Source: Macrostomum hystrix
Taxonomy: Eukaryota > Animalia > Platyhelminthes
DNA: 64,000 nucleotides
Direction of reading: 5' to 3'
Assembly: GCA_950097015.1 (NCBI GenBank)
Contig: CATNEN010000001.1
Location: 11,780,001 to 11,844,000 of the forward strand
Shown here: in pieces, positions 35,713 to 48,052 of the stretch
Position numbering within the stretch: the first letter of the stretch is position 1
Layout of the letters: each line of letters starts with the position of its first letter
Position numbers and translations under genes: made by a program
Notes under the pieces: generated by a model
Seen by the model: the letters and a program-made list of their open reading frames with translations, nothing else
Database searches by the model: none
What the model was told of the DNA's origin: nothing

Positions 35713-38580
35713 TCCAACTATACTAAATCTCTAAAGTCTGTCTGTCTGTCTGTCTGTGGAATTTCGATACACAGGCTAAATGCATCAACCAAATTTGATC
35801 GCGTTTTTTGCTAAACATGCCAAATTTTACTGGCATGAGACCTTGAAAATTTCGTTAGTCTGCTTCAATGCTAACAATATTAAATATTCGAAAAACGAGT
35901 TTTCCTATTGCTTTTAATAGGAGGCCAAACAAGGTTAAATTAGAATAGGGCCGGACACTGTCAGTTTTATTAGATTGCATCGGTGCTTTTTCTCGCCCGC
36001 GCGTGCATTGGTATAGCACAGAACAGGGCCCGATACTCTCAATTGAATAGGATTGCGTCACTGCTTTTCGACCCCTACGTACGTTTATAAATTTGTCTCT
36101 TGGCTGATCGAGTGATTTGATTTGAATACGCAAAACGTACATAGCAGATTTCATGATTGGGCTTTTATGATGCTCAATGCTAGCGAGACCTCTCCTCCTC
36201 CTTTCTATCCATAAAACTGCAGCCTTTCTATTGTCAAACCTTGTCTCGACTTCGATCATTGTGCCGCTTTCTTTTCATCTAGCTCCGAAGTAAAGTACTT
36301 TAATGCTTTTGTAGAATGCAGGTAGAATTTCAGCATCGGTTTTGTTACTGCTTCTTTTTCTTCTAATCTTCTAAGCATCAGCAGTTAAAAACGTAAGTTC
36401 CTATTTATTAGTACTATTTGGGCATTTTTGGTTCGAGTATAAATAGTAAGCGATTTTGGTTAGCTACTGTCGAAGCAGATATTTGTTAGCTTTATTATTC
36501 CTGTACTCCCTTTCAGAAAATAGTATAAGCTTTTTCGAGTATCGGGAATTCGATAATAAAACTAAGGAAATATTTTTGTGCATAGCTGCAGGCGATATCA
36601 CAATTGAGAACTGCAAGAAAAAAATATTGAGCGCAGCTAAGAGCGTAAATTATTTCAATTTTTTTTAGCATTGTTTTAAGCGTTATTCGATCAAAAAAAT
36701 AGCTTATTTAATAATAATAATTATAAAACTTTATTCGACGAACACTGATCGAAACCGTTTTCTAAAGTGCTCAACGATTTTCTAAATGTGTCCAACGATT
36801 TTCTAAATGTGTTTAACAGTTTTCTAAATGTATCTACCGTGCCACATGTAACAGGAGATGTAACAGGAGATATTTGTTGCCTTCTGGGCTGAGTAAAATG
36901 ATGGACACATCGTTTCTATGCTATTTGGGGGCAATGGTTTCCTGTCAAAGAAAAAGGGCAAACATTTCTTGCTGCGAGTTTGGTAGCCTGCAAGTAGCCT
37001 CCATTCTGGTATTATGGAGGTTCTCTTCTGTTTGGAGAACATTAGTTCTCTGCTGCTGGGGGAATTAGTTCTCTGCTGCTGGGGGAATTAGTTCTCTGCT
37101 GCTGGGGGAATTAGTTCTCTGCTGCTGGGGGAATTAGTTCTCTGATGCTGGGGGAATTAGTTCTCTGATGCTGGGGGAATTAGTTCTCTGCTGCTGGGGA
37201 AATTAGTTCTCTGCTGCTGGGGGAATTAGTTCTCTGCTGCTGGGGGAATTAGTTCTCTGCTGCTCGGGAAATTAGTTCTCTGCTGCTGGGGAAATTAGTT
37301 CTCTGCTGCTGGAGGGGAATTAGTTCTCTGCTGCTGGGGAAATTAGTTCTCATGGCAAAACCAGCGTTTGAATCATGGCAGAGTCTGAATCAAGGCTAAA
37401 CCAGAGTTTGAATCATGGCTAAACCAGAGTCTGAATCATGGCAGAGTTTGAATCATGGCTAAACCAGAGTCTGAATCATGGCTAAACCAGAGTCTGAATC
37501 ATGGCTAAATTTAAGTTTGAATCATGGCAAAACCAGAGTCTGAATCATGGCTAAACCAGAGTTTCAATCATGGCTAAACCAGAGTTTGAATCATGGCTAA
37601 ACCAGCGTTTGAATCATGGCCAACCAGAGTCTGAATCATGGCTAAAACAGAGTTTGAATCATGGCAAAATCAGAGTTTGAATCATGGCAAAATCAGAGTT
37701 TGAATCATGGCAAAACCAGAACTGGGGGATAATCGTCAACTGTGGGATAATTGTAAACTGGGGATCATCATCATTTGGGAGTCATCATCAAATGGGGGAT
37801 CATGGTCAACTGGGAGATCATTGTCAACTGGGTGATCATCATCAACTGGGGGATCATTGTCAACTAGGGGGTAACATTGTCAACTGGGGATCATCATCAA
37901 TGGGGGATCATATTCAACTGGGAGATAATTGTCAACTGGGTGATCATCATCAACTGGGGGATCATTGTAACCTGGGGATCAATGTCAACTGGGGCATCAT
38001 TGTCAACTGTGGGATCATTGTAAACTGGGGGATCAATGTCAACTGGGGGATCATTGTCAACTGTGGGATCATTGTCAACTGGTTGATCATCATCAACTGG
38101 GGGATCATTGTCAACTGGGGGATCGTTGTCAATTGGAGGTTCATTGTCAACTGGGGGATCATTGTCAACTGTGGGATCATTGTCAACTGGCGTATCATTG
38201 TCAACTGGGGGATCATTGTCAACTGGGGGATCATTGTCAACTGGGGGATCATTGTCAACTGGGGATCATCATCAATGGGGAGTCATCATCAACTGGGGGA
38301 TCCTTGTCAACTGGGGGTTCATTGTCAACTATGGGATCTTTGTCAAGTGGGGGATCATTGTCAACTGGGTGATCATCATCAATTAGGGGATCATTGTCAA
38401 CTGGGGAATCATTGTCGACTGGGGGATCATTGTCAACTGGGGGATCATTGTCAACTGGTTGATCATTGTCAACTGGGGGATCATTGTAGCTTTAAAAAGC
38501 TGTAAATTCAGCTGCTAAAATGTATATATTAGACGAATTAAAAATATTTCTGCTCCCCAAAGGGGGGCGAAACTTGCTAG
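35713..38580 (+). mobile_element. Helitron unit, type A
   Basis: Perfect CTAG|TCCAAC junction at 35712/35713; ends in CTAG at 38580. Confidence 0.88.
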
Positions 38581-41500
38581 TCCTACTATACTAAATGTCT
38601 AAGATCTGTCTGTCCATCTGAAACGCTCTAGCGAATGAATGGCTAGACCATTTTTTTTCCTGTTTTCACCAAAAAGTGCCAATTCATCCAAGGATTAGAC
38701 TGATCAAATTTCATCATTCTGTCTCAATTTCAAGGGTATTAAATATTCGAAAAACGAGTTTTCCTATTGCTTTCAATAGGAGGCCAAACAAGGTTAAATT
38801 AGAATAGGGCCGGACACTGTCAGTTTTATTAGATTGCATCGGTGCTTTTTCTCGCCCGCGCGTGCATTGGTATAGCACTGAACAGGGCCCGATACTCTCA
38901 ATTGAATAGGATTGCGTCACTGCTTTTCGACCCCTACGTACGTTTATAAATTTGTCTCTTGGCTGATCGAGTGATTTGATTTGAATACGCAAAACGTACA
39001 TAGCAGATTTCATGATTGGGCTTTTATGATGCTCAATGCTAGCGAGACCTCTCCTCCTCCTTTCTATCCATAAAACTGCAGCCTTTCTATTGTCAAACCT
39101 TGTCTCGACTTCGATCATTGTGCCGCTTTCTTTTCATCTAGCTCCGAAGTAAAGTACTTTAATGCTTTTGTAGAATGCAGGTAGAATTTCAGCATCGGTT
39201 TTGTTACTGCTTCTTTTTCTTCTAATCTTCTAAACATCAGCAGTTAAAAACGTAAGTTCCTATTTATTAGTACTTTTTGGGCATTTTTGGTTCGAGTATA
39301 AATAGTAAGCGATTTTGGTTAGCTACTGTCGAAGCAGATATTTGTTAGCTTTATTATTCCTGTACTCCCTTTCAGAAAATAGTATAAGTTTTTTCGAGTA
39401 TCGGGAATTCGATAATAAAACTAAGGAAATATTTTTGTGCATAGCTGCAGGCGATATCACAATTGAGAACTGCAAGAAAAAAATATTGAGCGCAGCTAAG
39501 AGCGTAAATTATTTCAAATTTTTTTAGCATTGTTTTAAGCGTTATTCGATCAAAAAAATAGCTCATTTAATAATAATAATTATAAAACTTTATTCGACGA
39601 ACACTGATCGAAACCGTTTTCTAAAGTGCTCAACGATTTTCTAAATGTGTCCAACGATTTTCTAAATGTGTTTAACAGTTTTCTAAATGTATCTACCGTG
39701 CCACATGTAACAGGAGATGTAACAGGAGATATTTGTTGCCTTCTGGGCTGAGTAAAATGATGGACACATCGTTTCTATGCTATTTGGGGGCAATGGTTTC
39801 CTGTCAAAGAAAAAGGGCAAACATTTCTTGCTGCGAGTTTGGTAGCCTGCAAGTAGCCTCCATTCTGGTATTATGGAGGTTCTCTTCTGTTTGGAGAACA
39901 TTAGTTCTCTGCTGCTGGGGGAATTAGTTCTCTGCTGCTGGGGGAATTAGTTCTCTGCTGCTGGGGGAATTAGTTCTCTGCTGCTGGGGGAATTAGTTCT
40001 CTGCTGCTGGGGGAATTAGTTCTCTGCTGCTGGGGGAATTAGTTCTCTGCTGCTGGGGGAATTAGTTCTCTGCTGCTGGGGGAATTAGTTCTCTGCTGCT
40101 CGGGAAATTAGTTCTCTGCTGCTCGGGAAATTAGTTCTCTGCTGCTGGAGGGGAATTAGTTCTCATGGCAAAACCAGCGTTTGAATCATGGCTAAACCAG
40201 AGTCTGAATCATGGCAGAGTCTGAATCAAGGCTAAACCAGAGTCTGAATCATGGCTAAACCAGAGTCTGAATCATGGCTAAATTTAAGTTTGAATCATGG
40301 CAAAACCAGAGTTTGAATCATGGCTAAATGAGAGTTTGAATCATGGCTAAACCAGAGTTTGAATCATGGCTAAACCAGAGTTTGAATCATGGCTAAACCA
40401 GAGTTTAAATCATGGCAAAATCAGAGTTTGAATCATGGCAAAACCAGAACTGGGGGATAATCGTCAACTGTGGGATAATTGTAAACTGGGGAATCATCAT
40501 CAAATGGGGGATCATGGTCAACTGGGGATCATTGTCAAATGGGGATCATTATCATTTGGGAGTCATCATCAAATGGGGGATCATGGTCAACTGGGGAATC
40601 ATTGTCAACTGTGGGATCATTGTAAACTGGGGGATCAATGTCAACTGGGGGATCATTGTCAACTGGGTGATCATCATCAACTGGGGGATCATCATCATCT
40701 GGGGGATCATTGTGAACTAGGGGATCATTGTCAACTGGGGGATCATTGTCAACTGTGGGATCATTGTCAACTGGTTGATCATCATCAACTGGGGAATCAT
40801 TGTCGACTGGGGGATCATTGTCGACTGGGGGATCATTGTCAACTGGGGGATGATGGTCAACTGGGCATCATCATCAATGGGGAGTCATCATCAACTGGGT
40901 GATCATCATTAACTGGGGGTTCATTGTCAACTGGGGAATAATTATCAACTGGGGGATCATTGTCAACTGGGGATCATCATCAATAGGGAGTCATCATCAA
41001 CTGGGGGATCATTGTCAACTGGGGAATCATTGTCAACTGGGGGAACATTGTCAACTGGGGATCATTGTTGACTGGGGAATCATTGTCGACTGGGGGATCA
41101 TTGTCAACTGGGTGATCATTGTCAACTGGGGGATCATTGTAAACGGGGGGATCATTGTCAACTGGGGGATCATTGTCAAGTGGGAGAACATTGTCAACTG
41201 GGGATCATCATCAATGGGGAGTCATCATCAACTGGGGGATCATTGTCAACTGGGGAATCATTGTCGACTGGGGTATCATTGTCAACTGGGGGATCATTGT
41301 CAACTGTGGGATCATTGTCAACTGGGGGATCATTGTCAACTGTGGGATCATCATCAACTGGGGGATCATTGTCAACTGGGGGATCATTGTCAACTGGGGG
41401 ATCATTGTCAACTGTGGGATCATCATCAACTGGGGGATCATTGTCAACTGGGGGATCATTGTCAACTGGGGAATCATTGTCAACTGGAAAATCATTGTCA

Positions 41501-41826
41501 ACTGGGTGATCATTGTCAACTGGGTGATCATTGTCAACTGGGGGATCATTGTCAACTGGGTGATCATTGTCAACTGGGGGATCATTGTAAACGGGGGGAT
41601 CATTGTCAACTGGGGGATCATTGTCAAGTGGGGGATCAGTGTCAACTGGGGGATCATTGTCAACTAGGGGATCATCATCAACTGGGGTATTATTGGCAAC
41701 TGGGTGATCATTGTCAGCTGGGGGATCATTGCAGCTTTAAAAAAGCTGAAACTACAGCTGCTAAAAGGTATATACTGGACGAATTAAAAATATTTCTGCT
41801 CCCCGAAGGGGGGCAAAACTTGCTAG
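38581..41826 (+). mobile_element. Helitron unit with alternative (type C) 5' end on an A body
   Basis: Starts TCCTACTATACTAAATGTCTAAGATCTGTCTGTCC and rejoins the A sequence at ~38737. Confidence 0.85.
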
Positions 41827-44297
41827 TCCACTATACTAAAAATGAAATGCTTGCTTGGTTGGTTGTAATTGATTTTCTTCCAAACGGCTCAACCGATTTT
41901 CACCATTTCTTCACCAAAAGATGCCAAATATGGGGAGAAATATACACGTATTTTTATTAAGCTTAACTTAATTGCTAAAGGGATTAAATATTCGAAAAAC
42001 ATGATTTTTCAAAGGTCAAACCATCTTGGCCTATTGAGAATTTTTCTCACTGCCACTGAATTAGAATTGCATCGTCAAATTGCGTAACAACCCCTAGCTA
42101 ATTGAATTTAAAGCCTGCACTCTGGAGACAAATTGGAAATAAATGTACACAACCAACCGCGAGACTGAGTGTACTCTATTTTCTTACTTCATTGTACAAA
42201 GCCAGAACTTTGAGAATTCATTTTATAAGGCTGATTTCTGCACCCACTAACCAACAGTCGGATTAGCCGATGTGTTAGGCACTAGGAATAGGTTAGGCTA
42301 GGCTAGGGTTCGATTCTGCACTGCATCAAATCATTTAGACTAATTTTCAGCCAGTAGTGATTGAAGACTATTTTATATTATTTTTTTCATTTCGTAAATA
42401 AAATATCATAAATCATAGCACACCGGCTAAAACAGAGTTTGAATCATGGCTAAACCAGAGTTTGAATCATGGCTAAACCAGAGTCTGAATCATGGCTAAA
42501 CCAGAGTCTGAATCATGGCTAAACCAGAGTCTGAATCATGGCTAAACTAGAGTCTGAATCATGGCTAAACCAGAGTCTGAATCATGGCTAAACCAGAGTT
42601 TGAATCATAGCTAAACCAGAGTCTGAATCATGTCTACACCAGAGTCTGAATCATGGCTAAACCAGAGTCTGAATCATGGCTAAACCAGAGTCTGAATCAT
42701 AGCTAAACCAGAGTCTGGATCATGGCTAAACCAGAGTCTGAATCATGGCTACACCAGAGTCTGACTCAAGGCTAAACCAGAGTCTGAATCATGGCTAAAC
42801 CAGAGTCTGAATCATGGCTAAACCAGAGTTTGAATCATGGCTAAACCAGAGTCTGAATCATGGCTAAACCAGAGTCTGAATCATGGCTAAACCAGAGTTT
42901 GAATCATAGCTAAACCAGAGTCTGAATCATGGCTAAACCAGAGCTTAAATCATGGCTAAACCAGAGTTTGAATCATGGCTTAACCAGAATTTAAATCATG
43001 GCTAAACCAGAGTCTGAATCATGGCTTAACCAGAGTTTGAATCATGGCTAAACCAGAGTCTGAATCATGTCTACACCAGAGTCTGAATCATGGCTAAACC
43101 AGAGTCTGAATCATGGCTAAACCAGAGTCTGAATCATGGCTAAACCAGAGTCTGAATCATGGCTAAACCAGAGTCTGAATCATGGCTAAACCAGAGTCTG
43201 AATCATGGCTAAACCAGAGTCTGAATCATGGCTAAACCAGAGTCTGAATCATGGCTACACCAGAGTCTGAATCATGGCTGCACCAGAGTCTGAATCATGG
43301 CTAAACCAGAGTTTGAATCAAAGCCAACCAGAGTTTGAATCATGGCTAAACCAGAGTTTGAATCATAGCCAACCAGAGTCTGAATCATGGCAAAACGAGA
43401 GTTTGAATCATAGCCCACCAGGGTTTAAAACATGGCGAAACCTGAGTTTGAATCTTGGCTAAACCAGCGTTTGAAAAATCAGCGTCAACTGGGGAGTCAT
43501 CATCAAAATGGGGATCATGGTGAACTGAGGGATAATTGTCAACAGGGGGATCATTGTCAACTGGGGGATCATTGTCAACTGGGGGATCATTGTCAACTAG
43601 GGGGTAATGGTCAACTGGGGGATAATCGTCAACTGGGGGATCATGGTAAACTGGGGGATAATTGTCAACTGGGGGATCATTGTCAACTGGGGGATCATTT
43701 TCAACTGTGGGATCATTGTTAACTGGGGGATCATTGTCAACTGGGGGATCATCGTCAACTGGGGAGTCATCATCAAAATGGGGATCATGGTGAACTGGGG
43801 GATCATTGTCAACTGGGGGATCATTGTCAAATGGGGTTCATTGTCAACTGGGGGATCATTGTCAACTGGGGGATCATTGTCAATTGGGGGATCATCATCA
43901 ACTGGCGGATCATTGTCAACTGGGGGTTCATAATCAACTGTGGGATCATTGTCAACGGGTGGGATCATTGTCAACTGGGGGATCATTGTCAACTGGGGGA
44001 TCATTGTCAACTGGGGGATCATTGTCAACTGGGGGATCATTGTCAACTGGGGGGATCATTGTCAACTGGGTGATCATCATCAACTGGGGGATCAATGTCA
44101 ACTGGGGGAACATTGTCAACTGGAGGAACATTGTTAACTGGGGATCATCATCAATGGGGAGTCATCATCAACTGGGGGATCATTGTCAACTGGGGGTTCA
44201 TTGTAGCTATAAAAAGCTGTAAATTCAGCTGCTAAAAAGTATATACTAGACGAATTAAAAGTATTTCTGCTCCCCGAAGGGGGGCAAAACTTGCTGG
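41827..44297 (+). mobile_element. Helitron unit, type B, ending in CTGG
   Basis: Starts TCCACTATACTAAAAATGAAATG; S2 array 42424-43472, then 18-mer, hairpin and CTGG. Confidence 0.85.
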
Positions 44298-46663
44298 TCA
44301 TTTAGACTAATTTTCAGCCAGTAGTGATTGAAGATTATTTTAATTTATTTTTTTCATTTCGTAAATAAAATATCATAAATCATAGCACACCGGCTAAACC
44401 AGAGTTTGAATCATGGCTAAACCAGAGTTTGAATCATGGCTAAACCAGAGTTTGAATCATGGCTAAACCAGAGTTTGAATCATGGCTAAACCAGAGTTTG
44501 AATCATGGCTAAACCAGAGTTTGAATCATGGCTAAACCAGAGTCTGAATCATAGCTAAACCAGAGTTTGGATCATGGCTAAACCAGAGTTTGAATCATGG
44601 CTAAACCAGAGTTTAAATCATGGCTAAACCAGAGCTTGAATCATGGCTAAACCAGAGCTTGAATCATGGCTAAACCAGAGTTTGAATCATGGCTAAACCA
44701 GCGTTAGAATCATGGCTAAACCAGCGTTAGAATCATGGCTAAACCAGAGTTTGAATCATGGCTAAACCAGAGTTTGAATCATGGCTAAACCAGAGTTTGA
44801 ATCATGGCTAAACCAGAGTTTGAATCATGGCTAAACCAGAGCTTGAATCATGGCTAAACCAGAGTTTGAATCATGGCTAAACCAGAGCTTAAATCATGGC
44901 TAAACCAGAGTATGAATCATGGCTAAACCAGAGTTTAAATCATGGCTAAACCAGAGTTTGAATCATGGCTAAACCAGAGCTTGAATCATGGCTAAACCAG
45001 AGTTTGAATCATGGCTAAACCAGAGCTTAAATCATGGCTAAACCAGAGTATGAATCATGGCTAAACCAGAGTTTAAATCATGGCTAAACCAGAGTTTGAA
45101 TCATGGCTAAACCAGAGTTTGAATCATGGCTAAACCAGAGTTTGAATCATGGCTAAACCAGAGTTTGAATCATGGCTAAACCAGAGTTTGAATCATGGCT
45201 AAACCAGAGCTTAAATCATGGCTAAACCAGAGTTGGAATCATGGCTAAACCAGCGTTTGAATCATGGCTAACCCAGAGTTTGAAGAATGATTCAAAATCA
45301 TTGCTAAACCAAGGTTTGAATCATGGCTAAACCAACGTTTGAATCATGGCTAACCCAGAGTCTGAATCATGGCTAAATTTAAATCAAGGCGAATCCAGAG
45401 TTTAAATCATAGCTAACCAGAGTTTGAATCATGGCTAAACCAGAGTTTGAATCATGGCTAAACCAGAGTTTGAATCATGGCTAAACTAGAGTCTGAATCA
45501 TGGCTAAACTAGAGTCTGAATCATGGCTAAACCAGAGTTTGAATCATTGCAAAAACAGCGTTTGAATCATGGCTAAACCAGAGTTTGAATCATTGCAAAA
45601 ACAGCGTTTGAATCATGGCTAAACCAGAGTTTGAATCATGGCCAAACCACGGTTTGAATCATAGTCAACCAGAGTCTGAATCATGGTAAAACGAGAGTTT
45701 GAATCATAGCCCAGCAGGGTTTAAAACATGGCGAAACCTGAGTTTGAATCTTGGCTAACCCAGTGTTTGAAAAACAACGTCAACTGTGGAGTCATCCTCA
45801 AAATGGGGATCAAGGTAAACTGGGGGATAATTGTCAACTGGGGGATCATTGTCAACTGGGGGATAATTGTCAACTGGGGAATCATCATCAAATGGGGGAT
45901 CATGGTCAACTTGGGGATCATTGTCAACTGGGTGATCATCATCAACTGGGGATCATCATCAACTGGGGGATCATCATCAACTGGGGGATCATTGTGAACT
46001 GGGGGATCTTTGTCAACTGTGGGATCATTGTCAACTGGGGGATCATTGTCAACTGGGGGATCGTTGTCAACTGGGGGTTCATTGTCAACTGGGGGATCAT
46101 TGTCAACTGGGGGATCTTTGTCAACTGGGGGATCATTGTCAACTGGGGGATCATTGTCAACTGGGGGTTCATTGTGAACTGGGGGATTTTTGTCAACTGG
46201 GGGATCATTGTCAACTGTGGGATCATTGTCAACTGGGGGATCATTGTCAACTGGGGGATCATTGTCAACTGGGGTTCATTGTCAACTGGGGGTTCATTGT
46301 CAACTGGGGGTTCATTGTGAACTGGGGGTTCATTGTGAACTGGGGGATCTTTGTCAACTGGGGGATCATTGTCAACTGTGGAATCATTTTCAACTGGGGG
46401 ATCATTGTCAACTGGGGGATCATTGTCAACTGGGGGTTCATTGTCAACTGGGGGTTCATTGTCAACTGGGGGATCATTGTCAACTGGGGGATCATTGTCA
46501 ACTGGGGGATCATCATCAACTAGGGGATCATCATTAACTGGGGGATCATTGTCAACTGGGGGTTCATTGTAGCTTTAAAAAGCTGTAAATTCAGCTGCTA
46601 AAAAGTATATACTAGACGAATTAAAAGTATTTCTGCTCCCCGAAGGGGGGCAAAACTTGCTAG
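44298..46663 (+). mobile_element. 5'-truncated type B Helitron unit starting at an internal TC
   Basis: Begins TCATTTAGACTAATTTTCAGCC, matching internal position 42331 of the preceding unit; ends CTAG|T. Confidence 0.82.
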
Positions 46664-48052
46664 TATAGGATCTAAACATGGTAATAAAAACCTTTTAATT
46701 CAAAGATCTTAAGTGGGCAAATTTATAGTAAAAATTTCGAGGGATAAGTAAAAGTTAAACAATGAAAGTTTAGAAACATTTTTTGACGACGAAGCAAACT
46801 CAATAGCAAGGAATAGCTCTGATATACTCTCACTTACAGACAACAGTAGCTAGGCCCCTATCTAACTACATTAAATAACTTAAGGCCTGCAGCTTCAGTT
46901 ATGACTAACTTTCTTAGAAATAAAACGATAATCTATTAAGTTAAATGTTAATTATAAAATAACTTCGAAAAAATCGAATTATTTAAATAGTAAGCATAGT
47001 AACATTGTAGAAATATCGTATTTTATCAAAAAAAAGAATGCTTTGTTTTACATATATAAGTTTTAATATAATACATACTTCGAGCGGCTTGTGTCTATCA
47101 CACGCTTTTCATGTAGTACTTATATCTGACATTTCATGATGTTGCACTAGACAGAGACAGTGTAACTGCCTAAACAGACAAATAAACAGACAAAATAGCA
47201 GAAAACATTGTTCGCATGAACGGCCTCGAGACTTTTGTCTCTTTATTCTGTCCTCGGCTGTCCTCAGTCGCTTAAATAATATTTGTAAGCGAGAGACAGA
47301 TCTCAAAAGATCTTGAGATAATGTTTTGGCGATGATTTTGAGGGCAGGAATGAGTTAGACAAAGGGAAGTAGTGCATTCTGTGCCCGATAGTTTCGTCCA
47401 CGGTTCGTGCTAAGAGGTGCTTTCGAATTCATGAAACAAAAAGCTCTGCATGTGTATGCATGGATTTGATGGTTGCAATTGGTTTTCTCTAACAAGAATA
47501 AATCTTTAAGACATACTATACGCTTGAGACGTGAAAATTTTAATAAACTAATAGCGGAACTTAATATACTCAAGTAATATAACTTGCAATTCTTATCGCA
47601 AGTGGGTGATGCAGTTTATTATATCTTGCTGAGTCGGCCACGCGCTGTGAGGCTGTGAGGCGATCCTGTGAGGCCACAGGCCGCCAATTGATTTGACTCA
47701 CGGAGAAGATCATGGGACGCTTTTAGTAGATAAAACTGAATAAACAATACTAGTAGTCTAAGATCTCCAAACCCCCGCTGCAGATGCTGCATCTTTTGCT
47801 GTTGAGAAAAACAGGTCAAAAATAATTATTGGGGCCGTATTCCCCTATTTCTATAGTACCCGCACAGGCATTTGACAGTTGCAGCTAAATCCGACTGCAG
47901 ACAAATGCGATTGGATAATACAAAAACTAAATTGTCTTTCCAGCGGGATTAGTTTCTAGAAGTATTAAGATACTGACTCAACGGAAATTCTCAAGTACTC
48001 GGACCTCCAATTCACACAGCCTAGCTATAGTCTTTGTCTAGTTAATTATACT

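Larger units (their letters stand above)
12624..46663 (+). mobile_element. Tandem/nested array of non-autonomous Helitrons (~34 kb)
   Basis: Left end A|TCCAACTATACTAAA followed by (GTCT)n; right end GCTCCCC-GAA-GGGGGGC hairpin, AAAACTTG, CTAG|T. No TSD. There are eight 3' termini (15220, 17827, 22286, 35712, 38580, 41826, 44297, 46663); each internal one is followed by a new TC 5' end. No Rep/Hel ORF seen. Confidence 0.9.

Noticed and set aside
14613-46572. Many ORFs of (QLGDHC)n, (WGIIVN)n, (STGGSL)n, (MIPQLT)n and (PPVDND)n
   Set aside because: Translation artefacts of an 18-bp satellite; they are open in several frames on both strands with frequent frameshifts.
12624-46663. Autonomous Helitron, Helentron or TIR transposon interpretation
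   Set aside because: No Rep/helicase/transposase ORF, TIRs or TSD; the TC...hairpin-CTAG ends at A|T fit canonical non-autonomous Helitrons.
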